Below, one piece after another: positions 10,608-21,595 of a DNA stretch of 64,000 nucleotides. The notes beneath the pieces were generated by a model. The model worked only from the letters and a program-made list of their open reading frames with translations, did no database searches and was not told the DNA's origin. Position 1 is the stretch's first letter, and each line of letters starts with the position of its first letter. Location: assembly GCF_002105155.1 (NCBI RefSeq), contig NW_019029003.1, positions 124,001-188,000 on the forward strand, in the 5' to 3' direction. Both the position numbers and the translations under genes were made by a program. Source of the stretch: Lobosporangium transversale (lineage: Eukaryota).

Positions 10608-13073
10608 TTAGTTACGAAGCAGTTTATTGACCGCCCGCTTAAACTTGAACATGCCACTCTTCTTCTTCGGCAATGATCCGCCTGGACCAACAATCCCGTG
10701 ACCCCAGGATCGAGTGCCATTCTCCTCACCCTCTTCCTCCTCTTCCTCCTCCTCCTCCTCCTCATCATCATCATCAGGGCCAAGACGGATATCAGACTCG
10801 TATGGTGCCTCGTATTCTTCATCATAATCCTCGTAATCATATTCATCATCATAATAAAATTTAGAATTTTGTTTCTCTTCATCATAATTTGGATTACCGA
10901 TCCAGGGTGCCATTGTGACGACGACCTCACTAGGCGTCGGGGTATAGGGTGCATCGAAATACGCGGCATTGTACTCTGGATCGAAATTATGCATCTGGCC
11001 GCCTTTGCCTGCCGCTTTCTTCTTGGCCTGTAGGAGCTTCTTCCTGGCCTTCTTGTCTAATTGTGGTGGTGGTGGTGGTGTCTCGGCCCGTTCAATCGTC
11101 ACGATTGTAATCATGTCTCCAAAGATCACCTTACGGGCTCCATGCACTTCTTTGGATCTAGCACGCGCGATTGGTGTCTTAACTAAGGCTGATTTCGGGC
11201 TACGAGAGGGGCCTAAATACTCATGCCTCGTGCTTGACGACGTAGTTGCGATTGAACCTTGGCTGTACGATCGGAGGCGCTCATTTAGGAAGGGTGCTGG
11301 AGATGGATGTGACTTGAATCCAGAATCTGTCAAATCGAGTTGCGACGTGGATCCATGCATACGATAAAAGCCATCCCTTATTGACGATAATGAATGGTGT
11401 TGGGGATGTGCTTGGTTTGGTCGATGCTGAAGTTGATGCCTATGCTGCGCATGGCCTTGGTGAATATGGTGTGGCTGATTATGCGAGACGCGAGATTCCT
11501 GTCGTTGTCCATGACCATGTCCTATTTCATCTTTGTTGTCATATCCCTTGGTTGTCAAGTTATTTGGCGCGGAACCTTGATGTGGCCAATGGCTAGATGT
11601 CCGTCCCATCCCATGCTGGGATGTACCACTGGAGTGGCTGTGGCTAGAGTCGTTCTTTGTTTGCGAGGACAGGGAGGAGGACGAGTAAGACTGAGGTGCG
11701 TTATAAGTTAGCCCAGATACATTATTTGCTACTGATGACGCAACACGATGTCGGTTCATGGAGGCTTCTACAACCTCCAAGAAACTGTTAGAGTGTCCTA
11801 CGGAGTGTGAGTCTAAGGAGAGCACAGGGGGCTGTGAATTAGTAGCGCTGCTGCCATTCATATTGTGACTGGAGTGTGCTCGTCGAGAGCTGTCCTTTGG
11901 AGGAGGCTCCGGCTTGGTTTCTCTTAAATCGAGCAATGAATCACTGCTATGGTGCTGTCCTTCCCTCCTTACGGACAGTGGATGGAAAGGAGACAGACCT
12001 GAAGATGACGATGATGTGGTCCTTGGTGGAACGGTTGACACTGAAGCCTGCTTAAGTGCCGATGAACAAGGCGCTGCCATATCATCTTTTGGAGGAGGAG
12101 GAGGAGCCTTCCTAGTATAGGCTCGTGAAGAGGGTGAAGAAGACGAGTCGGTCATGGTGAGAGAGTCGCGACTATCACTCGCAATGGCAGATCGTTGATA
12201 TGTGCTGAGTTTCGTAGAGACGGCGCTTGTGGGAGAAGTCAAGGAGAGTCCTGAGAAGCTGTTGTTCCGGTTGCGCTCATATTGGTTGTAGGCAGGTGTC
12301 TCTGGATGTAATTGATTGTTTTTCAAAGTAGTCGTAATAGTGTCTTTTTCCCGCTGTTTATTTGGGCGCAGGTCCGGTGGTGTAGGTGGCTGTATGGATT
12401 CAAAGATCCTTGATCCAGGTGCTGAGGACAAGGATGATGCGGGTGAGGCAGATAGTGATGAGACAGGATCTTCATCCGAGTAACAATACTTGTCCAGAAT
12501 ATCACCAAAATAGCTGTCTCCTTCGTCCTCGTAAGTGTCATGGAAGTTACTGCTCTTCAAAAAGTCGAGGCTCTTTTTGATTTCGTTGCCCTGTTTGTGT
12601 GTTTGGTCTTTTTGGTCTTTATTGTTTTGAAATGATTTCTGGGATAGGCTCCTGTGAAGTGCTTGACTATGTCGAATGCTGTCCTGCAAAGAAGACTCAT
12701 TCATGACCTCGATCTCGGTCGCAGGAATGATTCGAAAGTCTCTGTTCGATCTCCTGTTGACAGGTCTGGGTGGTTCCTGCAAATCAACACCTGAGTCAAG
12801 CTGACGTGCATCGACAAAGCTGCTCGCAAGAGAGACAGTAGATGGAGAGGATGGCAAAGAAGACGAGGCGATGACAGAAGTCATTGAGTGGTTATCGAGC
12901 AAAGAGAGTTGAGAGACTGACGAACCAAGTGAATTCACCCCTACTGAGTCTGGAATGGGTCGCTTTGCGCGCTGGGGTCGAAAGGGCGCGTGCGCATGGG
13001 CGTCACGGGATGCAGAGTGGTCGTTAACTAGGTGATGTCGGGTGAGGTTGTCATGGCGGTTGCGTCCCGACAT
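10608..13073 (-). CDS. Low-complexity hypothetical protein (821 aa) with PPPKD motifs and a C-terminal RKVIF motif
   Basis: A single long ORF. The likely start is ATG 13073 (MSGRNRHD) because the upstream in-frame part is pyrimidine-rich, UTR-like sequence. Ser/His-rich, with an acidic tail. Confidence 0.85.
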   Translation of the reverse strand: MSGRNRHDNLTRHHLVNDHSASRDAHAHAPFRPQRAKRPIPDSVGVNSLGSSVSQLSLLDNHSMTSVIASSSLPSSPSTVSLASSFVDARQLDSGVDLQEPPRPVNRRSNRDFRIIPATEIEVMNESSLQDSIRHSQALHRSLSQKSFQNNKDQKDQTHKQGNEIKKSLDFLKSSNFHDTYEDEGDSYFGDILDKYCYSDEDPVSSLSASPASSLSSAPGSRIFESIQPPTPPDLRPNKQREKDTITTTLKNNQLHPETPAYNQYERNRNNSFSGLSLTSPTSAVSTKLSTYQRSAIASDSRDSLTMTDSSSSPSSRAYTRKAPPPPPKDDMAAPCSSALKQASVSTVPPRTTSSSSSGLSPFHPLSVRREGQHHSSDSLLDLRETKPEPPPKDSSRRAHSSHNMNGSSATNSQPPVLSLDSHSVGHSNSFLEVVEASMNRHRVASSVANNVSGLTYNAPQSYSSSSLSSQTKNDSSHSHSSGTSQHGMGRTSSHWPHQGSAPNNLTTKGYDNKDEIGHGHGQRQESRVSHNQPHHIHQGHAQHRHQLQHRPNQAHPQHHSLSSIRDGFYRMHGSTSQLDLTDSGFKSHPSPAPFLNERLRSYSQGSIATTSSSTRHEYLGPSRSPKSALVKTPIARARSKEVHGARKVIFGDMITIVTIERAETPPPPPQLDKKARKKLLQAKKKAAGKGGQMHNFDPEYNAAYFDAPYTPTPSEVVVTMAPWIGNPNYDEEKQNSKFYYDDEYDYEDYDEEYEAPYESDIRLGPDDDDEEEEEEEEEEEGEENGTRSWGHGIVGPGGSLPKKKSGMFKFKRAVNKLLRN

Positions 13074-15846
13074 TGAATCTCTGAGAAGTAAGGGAGAACG
13101 AGAGGAAGAGATGATAAAAGGGAGCAAGGGAGAAAGAGAGAGAGAAAGGGAGGTAAGAGGGTAAGGAAGAGGAAGGAAGAAGGATGGATTTAAAGAGGAA
13201 GGAATAAGAATAAGAATGATGAAATGGAAATGAGAGACGAGCAGAATAAAGCGACAAAGCGCTCTCTCATCCTTTATTGTTTTTTTTTTTTTTTTTTTTT
13301 TTTGAAGGCTCTCGCCAATCAAGTACACAGATTGAGTACATACTTCAACATCACACACATCAGGGCAGGCGTTTGGCAATATACACTTCAGTAGTGTTAG
13401 TGTTAATTACTCGGATTGTGTTTGTGGCACCCATTTTTATTTTCAACATGGAATGGTGGTGTGTGAGCAATTTGCGCCTCTAAAACATAAACACACAACT
13501 CGCACAAATGGATAGGAAGGTGAAGGAAGTGACTAGGAGGATCAACCAGTCTTTAGTGTAGTGGTATGTGTATTTTTATGTCAGTTGAGCAGGAATAGTT
13601 TCTTTTCTTCTTTTTTTTTTTTAAGAGCAAAGATAAAATGCGTCATTTCAAAAAAAATAAAAAAAAAAAAGAGATGCAGGAACACAAGGAGCTAGAAACA
13701 AGGTGAGATTTTTTGGGTTATCAAATCTGACTACCATCTATCCCCGCAAAACGTTGTCAAGGGGTTAGTGAACAAGAGAAGTATGTTAAATGAGAGCAGA
13801 CAATAAAAGTCGTGTAACATCGTAACATCTTCTGCTAGGTCGACATTCTACTGTATTTATCATTTTTGCAAGAAACATTTTTGCTGATTATAATAAATTT
13901 GTATGTCCACATGAGTACATCACTCATAATGTTAATTTATGCGCATACTTTTTTTTTTTTTTTTTTTTTTATAATTCCTAAGCAATGCAATGCCAAAGTG
14001 CTGTGCCTCTCTCAATTATGCCTTTTCTAAGCATATACACCTTATTTTCTATTTTGTCATAAACGCTGCGCCAGATTCAGCATGCATTGTTCCTTACATT
14101 TTTCAAAGGCACTGCCACAGGGGAACGGCGCTTTATCAAATACACTTGTGATCATTGGGTGCCACCATTTTTGGGTTCAAAGTTTTGTATAAAAACCGGA
14201 ACATTGGGAGCTTTTCTTTAATCCACTTTTTTCACCTCTTCCCTCTTCCATCCCTAACCCATGATATTAGCACTCACAGTCCAGAACACACCTCTTTTTT
14301 ATTTGCAGCTGACTTGCGCCCTCGTACTTCAGATTTATGTCAACACCCATATTCCAATCTGTGGCACTCAGAACTAAAGAAAAATAGTTGTTTCAATTAC
14401 TCATTCCTCCCTGCCACATCTGATAAGGACCCTTCGGATTTACCGCTACTTTAGCATCCCCGCCGATCTTGCCTTCCCCACCTCGTTCACTCATACTCTA
14501 CATCGGACACATCATTGACAAGGCTCCAAAACAGCAGGTTATATTGCTCCACCGCCTGGCACCTTCAAAACTTAAAGATCCTTCGCCTCTTTTATAAAAA
14601 AAGAAAACACTGTAGGTATACATATGATCAAGAAGCCAATCATCAGTTGATAATTTAATAATATTTTTTTTTAAGTGTAATTTACATAACTCTTTTATTT
14701 TTTAGTCTACCCAGTCGTTCATTCATTCTGTGGCCACACTCGCCCCTTTCTCCTCTATCCTCCGCTCCTTGCTAATTGTATGGCCCTCAGTTTCGTATTC
14801 TCCAGCTTGAACTCCTGAAAAAAAAATATGTGCTTTGCACTTTCATCTTCATAGCACCCCCTTATTAGCTTTTTTTTTTTTGTGATTTGTGCGTGAATAA
14901 GTTATCGTGACCCCGTGATTCACCCAGTTGATGATATTTTATCTTCACACTTTTAACACTGCGCTTTCTATTTCTCCTTCCACATCCATTCTCATCCTCT
15001 TCTCTCTTCTCTCTTCTCCCTTCTCTCTTCCTCTCTCTCACTTACTCTGTCTTCCCACCATTGCCATACCATTCGCTCAGGTGACACTCAACATTACCCT
15101 CTGTGCTTGTTCTCAACGACCTTCTGCCGTGCTCTCCGGTACAACACTCATTCTTTTGCCACTGTTGTCTCTTTCGCCACTGTTTTTGCAACCTCGTTTC
15201 TTTTTCTTTTTGTTCTCTTCCACACCTATCCTTCCCCTACGCCTTCGTCCATCATTTGCAAATTATCTCGCACCTGTCCTTTGCTACCTATACTCTCACA
15301 AAACCATCTCCAACTTTTGCACCCCGTTCAGGTACCCTAACCTTTCTTCCTCTGCTACAAATATTCTCTCCCAGACTGTTTACACTGCTTCATCTGGTAC
15401 ATCCTCTGCCTCTTATTATATTCTCTTTCAACTGGGTTGTTCCCTTTTGACGATGTTAGAGATGTCACTCTGACCGATACTCTGCCAATTCTCCTGTCTT
15501 TTTTCTTTCTTCGTCCCCCTTATCGCAAAAAAAAAAAAAAAAAAATCTGTCCTCCCACGCTTCATCTATTTGAATGTGTTCGTGGTTGCCCTATGCACTT
15601 CTTCATCCTCAACTCTAAAACTTCCTTTTTTATTCTTGTCGTCCATCCAGTTGTACCCGGTATCTGTGGATCTGCTTCCTTCTCTTCATTCCCATCGCCA
15701 TACGCTACAAACCGTGCGATTGCGCTCCGCAACCGCGCCGCAGGCAGAAAGAAAAAGAAGAAAACAAAAAAAAAAAAAAAAAAAAAAAAAAAGAAAAAGA
15801 AAAAGAAAAAAAGCAAAAAGTCTTGTCCTGTACCTTTATTTGCCGC

Positions 15847-18800
15847 ATGTCCACCTCATCCTCGGCTGACAGGACGGCTTATCTTGGTAAGGTCCTATGA
15901 ATAAAGATAAAAGTAGTGTTCTCTTTCTCCTTTATAAGACGGATATACGTTAACATCATACTCTACTACTTCCTGTTACCTTTTCTGTTACCAGTCTCAG
16001 CCATCCAGGCGATTCTATCATCAGAGCCAGCAGGCCTGACATCACGCGATATCGCTCATCGCCTGGTGATCATGCAGGCACCATACTCATCGTCATCTTC
16101 AGGATCGTTCATAAAGGTAAGCAAAATTCACTCTCTGAGGACACAGGGCACAGGACATTTTTCAGTGCATTTTTTTTATATTAGTCTATTAGTCTACCGT
16201 CAAACGTGGCACACATATCGTCATTGGTGTCCTGGGTTGATAGCATGCCAAAATCACTCTCCCCTGCGGAGCAAACAAGCACACATTCACATACACTGTC
16301 AGCATGCATTCTTTACTTGTCTGTTACTGCCCTTTCCCACATTCATTGGTAACAAATACCAGCGGATTGGACAGGACAAATTTCATCTTTATTTACGTCC
16401 ATACACTCATAACTGTACGTAGAGCCAACATCATTAATCGCCAAAAAAAGAACAGGACGACTAAAAGCATAGTGCATGGGGCCCTTGAAGAGAGTGCAGG
16501 ACAGGACGAAAGGGGAAGGGTTGCAGTTATAAATGAATCACAGTGTGATTTTTTTTTTTTTTTTTTTTTTTTTTTGGACCATCAGATGACCACTTGGCCA
16601 ATTTTTTATTATCTGTATCCGTTTATTATTGGGGGATGCATGTCCCAAACTCTCACTTCTAGTAAACCTTCTGATGCAGAGTATAGTTTACAACTTTACA
16701 GATATGGGCGCAACCGTTGGCCTGATAGAAAGCATATGCTGCCAGACTTGACAAACAACGTACGTTGTTTTGAGACTGGTATCATGGGCAAACCTTTATC
16801 CTACCCTACACTTTTTAATATTACCTTTATTACCTTCCTTTCAACCCTCTTTATCAACACTAATGATGAAAGTTTCTTGTCCTCTTTCTTTAATTTATGA
16901 TGAATAGAGAGTACAAAGGATCTTATCCATGTACAATGCAAATGCGAAATCAAATAGAGGAAACTGTTTCCGGTATATCCATGACATAGGAGTCTGGACA
17001 TTAAACAAATCACATTCACAGGATGCAGCGGATTTTCTTTCAGGGATTTTACCCACACCACAGACCAAAAAGATACCCTCGTTTCAGCTTTCCAGGAATA
17101 CAAGTATGACCACTACCACTGTGACACCCACGCCTAGTCAATCATCTGTCAGCGTAATATCGTCTGCTGTAGGTAGTTCCCTAACTACAGGCATCATGGA
17201 GCAGGTTAGCACTTGGAGGACCGGCGGAGACACAGATGACGATGATGAAGCCAGTTTAGAGATATATTCCAACCCCTCCATGAACCGATCGTCCTTTCCA
17301 TCACAAATATCCAGCGGAGGGTCACTCTTGAACGGAATGGAGATCATGCCCACACTTCACCAACTTCAGTTCCCACAGCATCCTCTGGACCAGCATGATG
17401 ACAGTTTGTTTCAACACAATGCTTCACTCAGCGATATCATGCCGCCACCTTCATCCACGGCTTCATACCGCCGTCATTCAGTATCGTCTCATCAACAGCG
17501 GCCTTTCAGCAGGGTTAAGAGACCTAGCCAGGACGATAATGTCGGCGATCAATTTGTTCCGAGCACGACACGTGCATCCTATCATGCCATGACGGCTGAT
17601 ATTCTTGCAAGGGGGGTAAATCGGCAAACCGAAGGTAGATTTCAAGGCGGGATGGTAAGTGCCATTGACATCCCTGGCGAACATGGTTCTGCGCACACCC
17701 CCACCCCAAAATCAGGGTTTCCATCGCCTCAATCAACTGCTCCATCACCTCGATCTACGCCTGTTCAGAACTTCATCCAGCCATCCCAATCTGGGTCTAT
17801 CAGAGGTGATGCAGAGACTCACCATCGTCAGCCCTCAAGTCACTCTGGACAGCTGCGCCTCTCACCAAACCAGCTAGAGAAGCTGGAGAACTCGCGGCAA
17901 CGGCCTCAGAGTCGAAAAAGCATGGATGAAGCCGGTATTGAGGACGAAGATGAGCCTATGCAGCGGGAGCAACCAAAGCAGCCCCATGCACCATCGCCAG
18001 GATTCATGAAAGAGGATTTACGCTTACGGGATCTAGGTGCCAGCCTTCAAAAGTCGCTTTCCTTTAATGGAGATGATGAATATGAAGAACTCCAACAGGA
18101 CGAAGAACCCTTATCAAACCAAGCAAGGGTTCTTTCTGTCCGTCATCACCCTTATTTACCGCGGTCCAGAGGAGACAGCGCTCCCCAACGAATTGGACAC
18201 GATCGTCAGGCACAAAGACCTCAGTTTGAGAGCCTTTTCCGTGACAGGAAAGGGAAGGCGCGTGCGCTTGAAGAAGATCGAGAAATTATTGGCAAGACCC
18301 CTGTATTGCTAAATGCCATCAATACGAGTCAGACCAATATATTGTCTGAGCTTCAGACAGCACAACGTGGGTACCAAGATGAGCTAGCTCATTTTCGTGA
18401 AGAGCTCTATGCGTCTCTTCAGATGGCGTTTACAAGGTTGGCTGATCAGGTAGAAGGTGTTGGGCGTGCAGTAGTGTCTGTCGAGAATGCTCAGCGTGAG
18501 ACTGCCAAGCAGCTTGGCCTTAGCATTGGAAGCGCTATGGGCGATGGCTTCTCGAAAATGACGGATACACTTCAGCAACAGGTACAGCAACAGATACAGC
18601 AGCAGATCCAACAAGCCCTGCTCCCGTACCAAATGAGTGTCTCTCGTCCAGCGTCCATCCGACAAGGATCTCCCTTCTCAACAAGTCCGAGCCAAACTTT
18701 AGGTGGTCCGGCTGCTATCACTGGCCCGGCCTCGTCCACCTATACATCTTTTGGAGGATACGGATCTGGTGCGAGCACTTCTCGGCAAAATTTTGGATCT

Positions 18801-18989
18801 GGCCATGGGAGTCGGGAAGGAGCCATTTGGCGACGCAGTAGTGAGCAAGACCTGCAAGGTGTTCGTAATGATTATGATGAGGATGAGGATGATCTTGGTC
18901 GAGGCAAGCGAAGAGCAGTAGAGCGTCCTCGATCAACATCAGGATCTCGCAGGACGATTGACCGACCCCGAAGGGACTTTGAGAACTAG
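15847..18989 (+). CDS. Hypothetical protein with a divergent N-terminal winged-helix (forkhead/HARE-HTH-like) domain and a coiled coil (3 exons, ~747 aa)
   Basis: Exons 15847-15886, 15995-16116 and 16908-18989 are in frame with canonical GTAAG donors. The spliced N-terminus reads TAYLVSAIQAILSSEPAGLTSRDIAHRL...SFIKRVQRILSMYN...NCFRYIHDIGVWTLN. Confidence 0.75.
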
Positions 18990-20151
18990 GTCTTGACCGC
19001 TTATTCATCCGAATATTTTTTATGAGGAGCATGTGCAAAAGAGAGTGAGAAAGAGAGAGAAGAAGAGAAAGAGTGGCACAGCGCGTTGCTTTTATTTTAT
19101 TTTTTTTTTGTTTTGTTTTTATTTTTTATCTTTCTTTTCTTTTTCTTTTTTTTTTTCCCTTTCTGACTTTCTGAACGACTTGTACCATTTCGTATCTGTA
19201 TTGGCTTTGTTTTCTTTTCATTATTGTATCTCCTTAGAGAAAGAGTATTGTTTACAGTCAGATCTTTCTTTGTTTTTGTACAATTTACTTTTTCTTTCTT
19301 CTGTTTTGTTTATTACTATTTCATTTTGACAATCCACTTTTTGCCTTTGCCTTTGCCTTTTTTGTTCTATTTCATTTTGTTTTTGTGCATGTGTTGTACA
19401 AGTATTTTGTAAATATTAGCCATTGCCCTGTTCCGTCATCTTTTTTTTTTTTTTTACAATCTTCATCTCTCTCTCGTTAATCCTCTCTGGTTGTGGTGTC
19501 CATACCATAAAAATAGTGAAAATAAAAAAGAATAACAATAATATCAATATCACTCATATCATTCATATCATCCATATCATCCATATCATTGTCATCAGAC
19601 TAGCTTGCTACAGCCCATGCTTGACGTTGCAGAGGATCAACTCCGATAAATTCACAGATCTTAGTGCGCATTTGACCATCCGTTGTAAAAAAACGTTTTT
19701 TGAAGCGAGGCTGTGTTGTTTGTCTCATCCTTTTTTTTTTTTTTTTTACATCTTGGCAACGGAGTGAATGAAGCCTAGCGCAGTAATGACGCCTATCCTT
19801 GGCTTGTCTTTGGTAGAAAACATTGATATATTTATGGCACTTCTCTCATTTAAAACATGCGTTCAAGGAATAAACTTATACTGAATCTGCACTGGGGACA
19901 AGAAAGGGAAAGGGTTTGGGCTGTTCTTTTTTTTTTTTTTTTTTTTTTTTTTGGTTTGTGCACACAATACAATTATTTTTTGATTAATGGTCCCTTTCAC
20001 TTCTTTCAGACGCATCTTGTCTTCCATTTACTAGAAAGCATCTCTTGCACACACACACTTGCTAGACATTCATTTCATTTTACTTCTCATTAAGGAAAAG
20101 AGGAATAGAGGTGACCAAGAACTTTGAGACATCTATAAACTTTGAGGGGCC

Positions 20152-21559
20152 ATGGGAAACTCACCGTCGACTCCTGGTCAGCCTGAGAACCCAAGCAGTA
20201 GCTCTGGCAAGAACAGTTCAACAACAACAGGCAAACAAAGTCAACAACTAACACACCTGGGAGTCCCAGCAGCAACAGGCTCAGCGTCATCAACAACAAT
20301 AGCAGCAACTACAAACCCTACAGCTGGATCCACACGTGGTTCTCACTCCAATATTCCAATTCAATCAGCAGTCAGGCCTACCCCAGCTCCTTATATGCCA
20401 ACGACACAGCATCGTCCTGCTCAACGCGCTCCTCTCCCTCCTCCTCCTCCTCCTCCCCCTAACCAGCAGTCGCCACAGCGGAGACCAGTTTCGCAATATA
20501 TCCCTCTCACATCATATCAACCTTCCCATAATAATAATAGTAATAATCAGGCTCAATCACAATCTCGTCCGCCGTCAGGAACCCGGGGCCGGCAAATAAG
20601 TGAACAATCAACTCGCTTTACAGCGTCACAGTCAGATGCACAGCCTGGAGACGATGAAATCCCTACTATAGTGCTGCAAGAGCAGATGGAGGCCATGTTG
20701 ATTGAAATCGCTACTACAGAATCCAGGGTACGAGAGCTGCGAGAGGAGCTTGATACGTTCCAGAGTCATCCCATCTTTAAGGAGATGATGGTCGTTTGGT
20801 TGGTATCCCTCTCGCCTGGTGACTACTCTCTGCAACAGCTAGATAAGCTCAAGCAGAATGCGCTCACTACTTGGAAGCCTGTCCTTAATACATTTATTCA
20901 GGATAACTCGAGTGGTCGGAAGTTGAGTGAGATTGACGTGCGGCTCTTCGACACTATTATTCAGGACGTAATTTCTCATGCTGATATGATAGCCGGATCA
21001 ACAATGGGACCGGAAGAGTTGATTCAAAATCTTATTCAAATCGCCCACTCTGAACTAGAGAATGCTCGCAAATCTCTAGAGCGGAACAGGAATGCTTTTC
21101 AGGAGTGTCAGCTAACGTTACAGGCTCGTGGAGTTATTCCTGAGGCTGTTCTAGAGATGCAACGCCAGATGGAAGAGGAGCAACGAAAGGAACAGGAGGC
21201 TAAACGAGTTAAGGAACAGCGACAACGAGAGCTAGAGCAACGCCTGCGAGAAGAAGAGCGGATAAAGGATCTGGAGCTACAGCGTGAGCGTGCTAGACGG
21301 TTAGAAGAACTTGAAGAGGAGCAACGGAGAAGAGATGAAGCTCGCCGAATAAATCAAGAGGAAGTCCGTAAGAATCAAGAAGAAATGCTTCGAATGCTCG
21401 AAGCCAAATCAGGCCGATTAACTTCGACATCCATGGCACAGTCAAATAGCCAAGCAACTAACCATGTCATTGGACGACCCAAAGCAAGTTCAGGTAAACC
21501 CATTCGATAGCCTCTGACATCAGGCTCATCGGGATTAACTACTGGACCATAGTCTTATA

Positions 21560-21595
<36 letters not shown>

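Noticed and set aside
13074..13379. N-terminal 102 aa of the 923-aa ORF
   Set aside because: Poly(A)- and pyrimidine-rich UTR-like sequence with a non-ATG-supported extension. ATG 13073 is more plausible.
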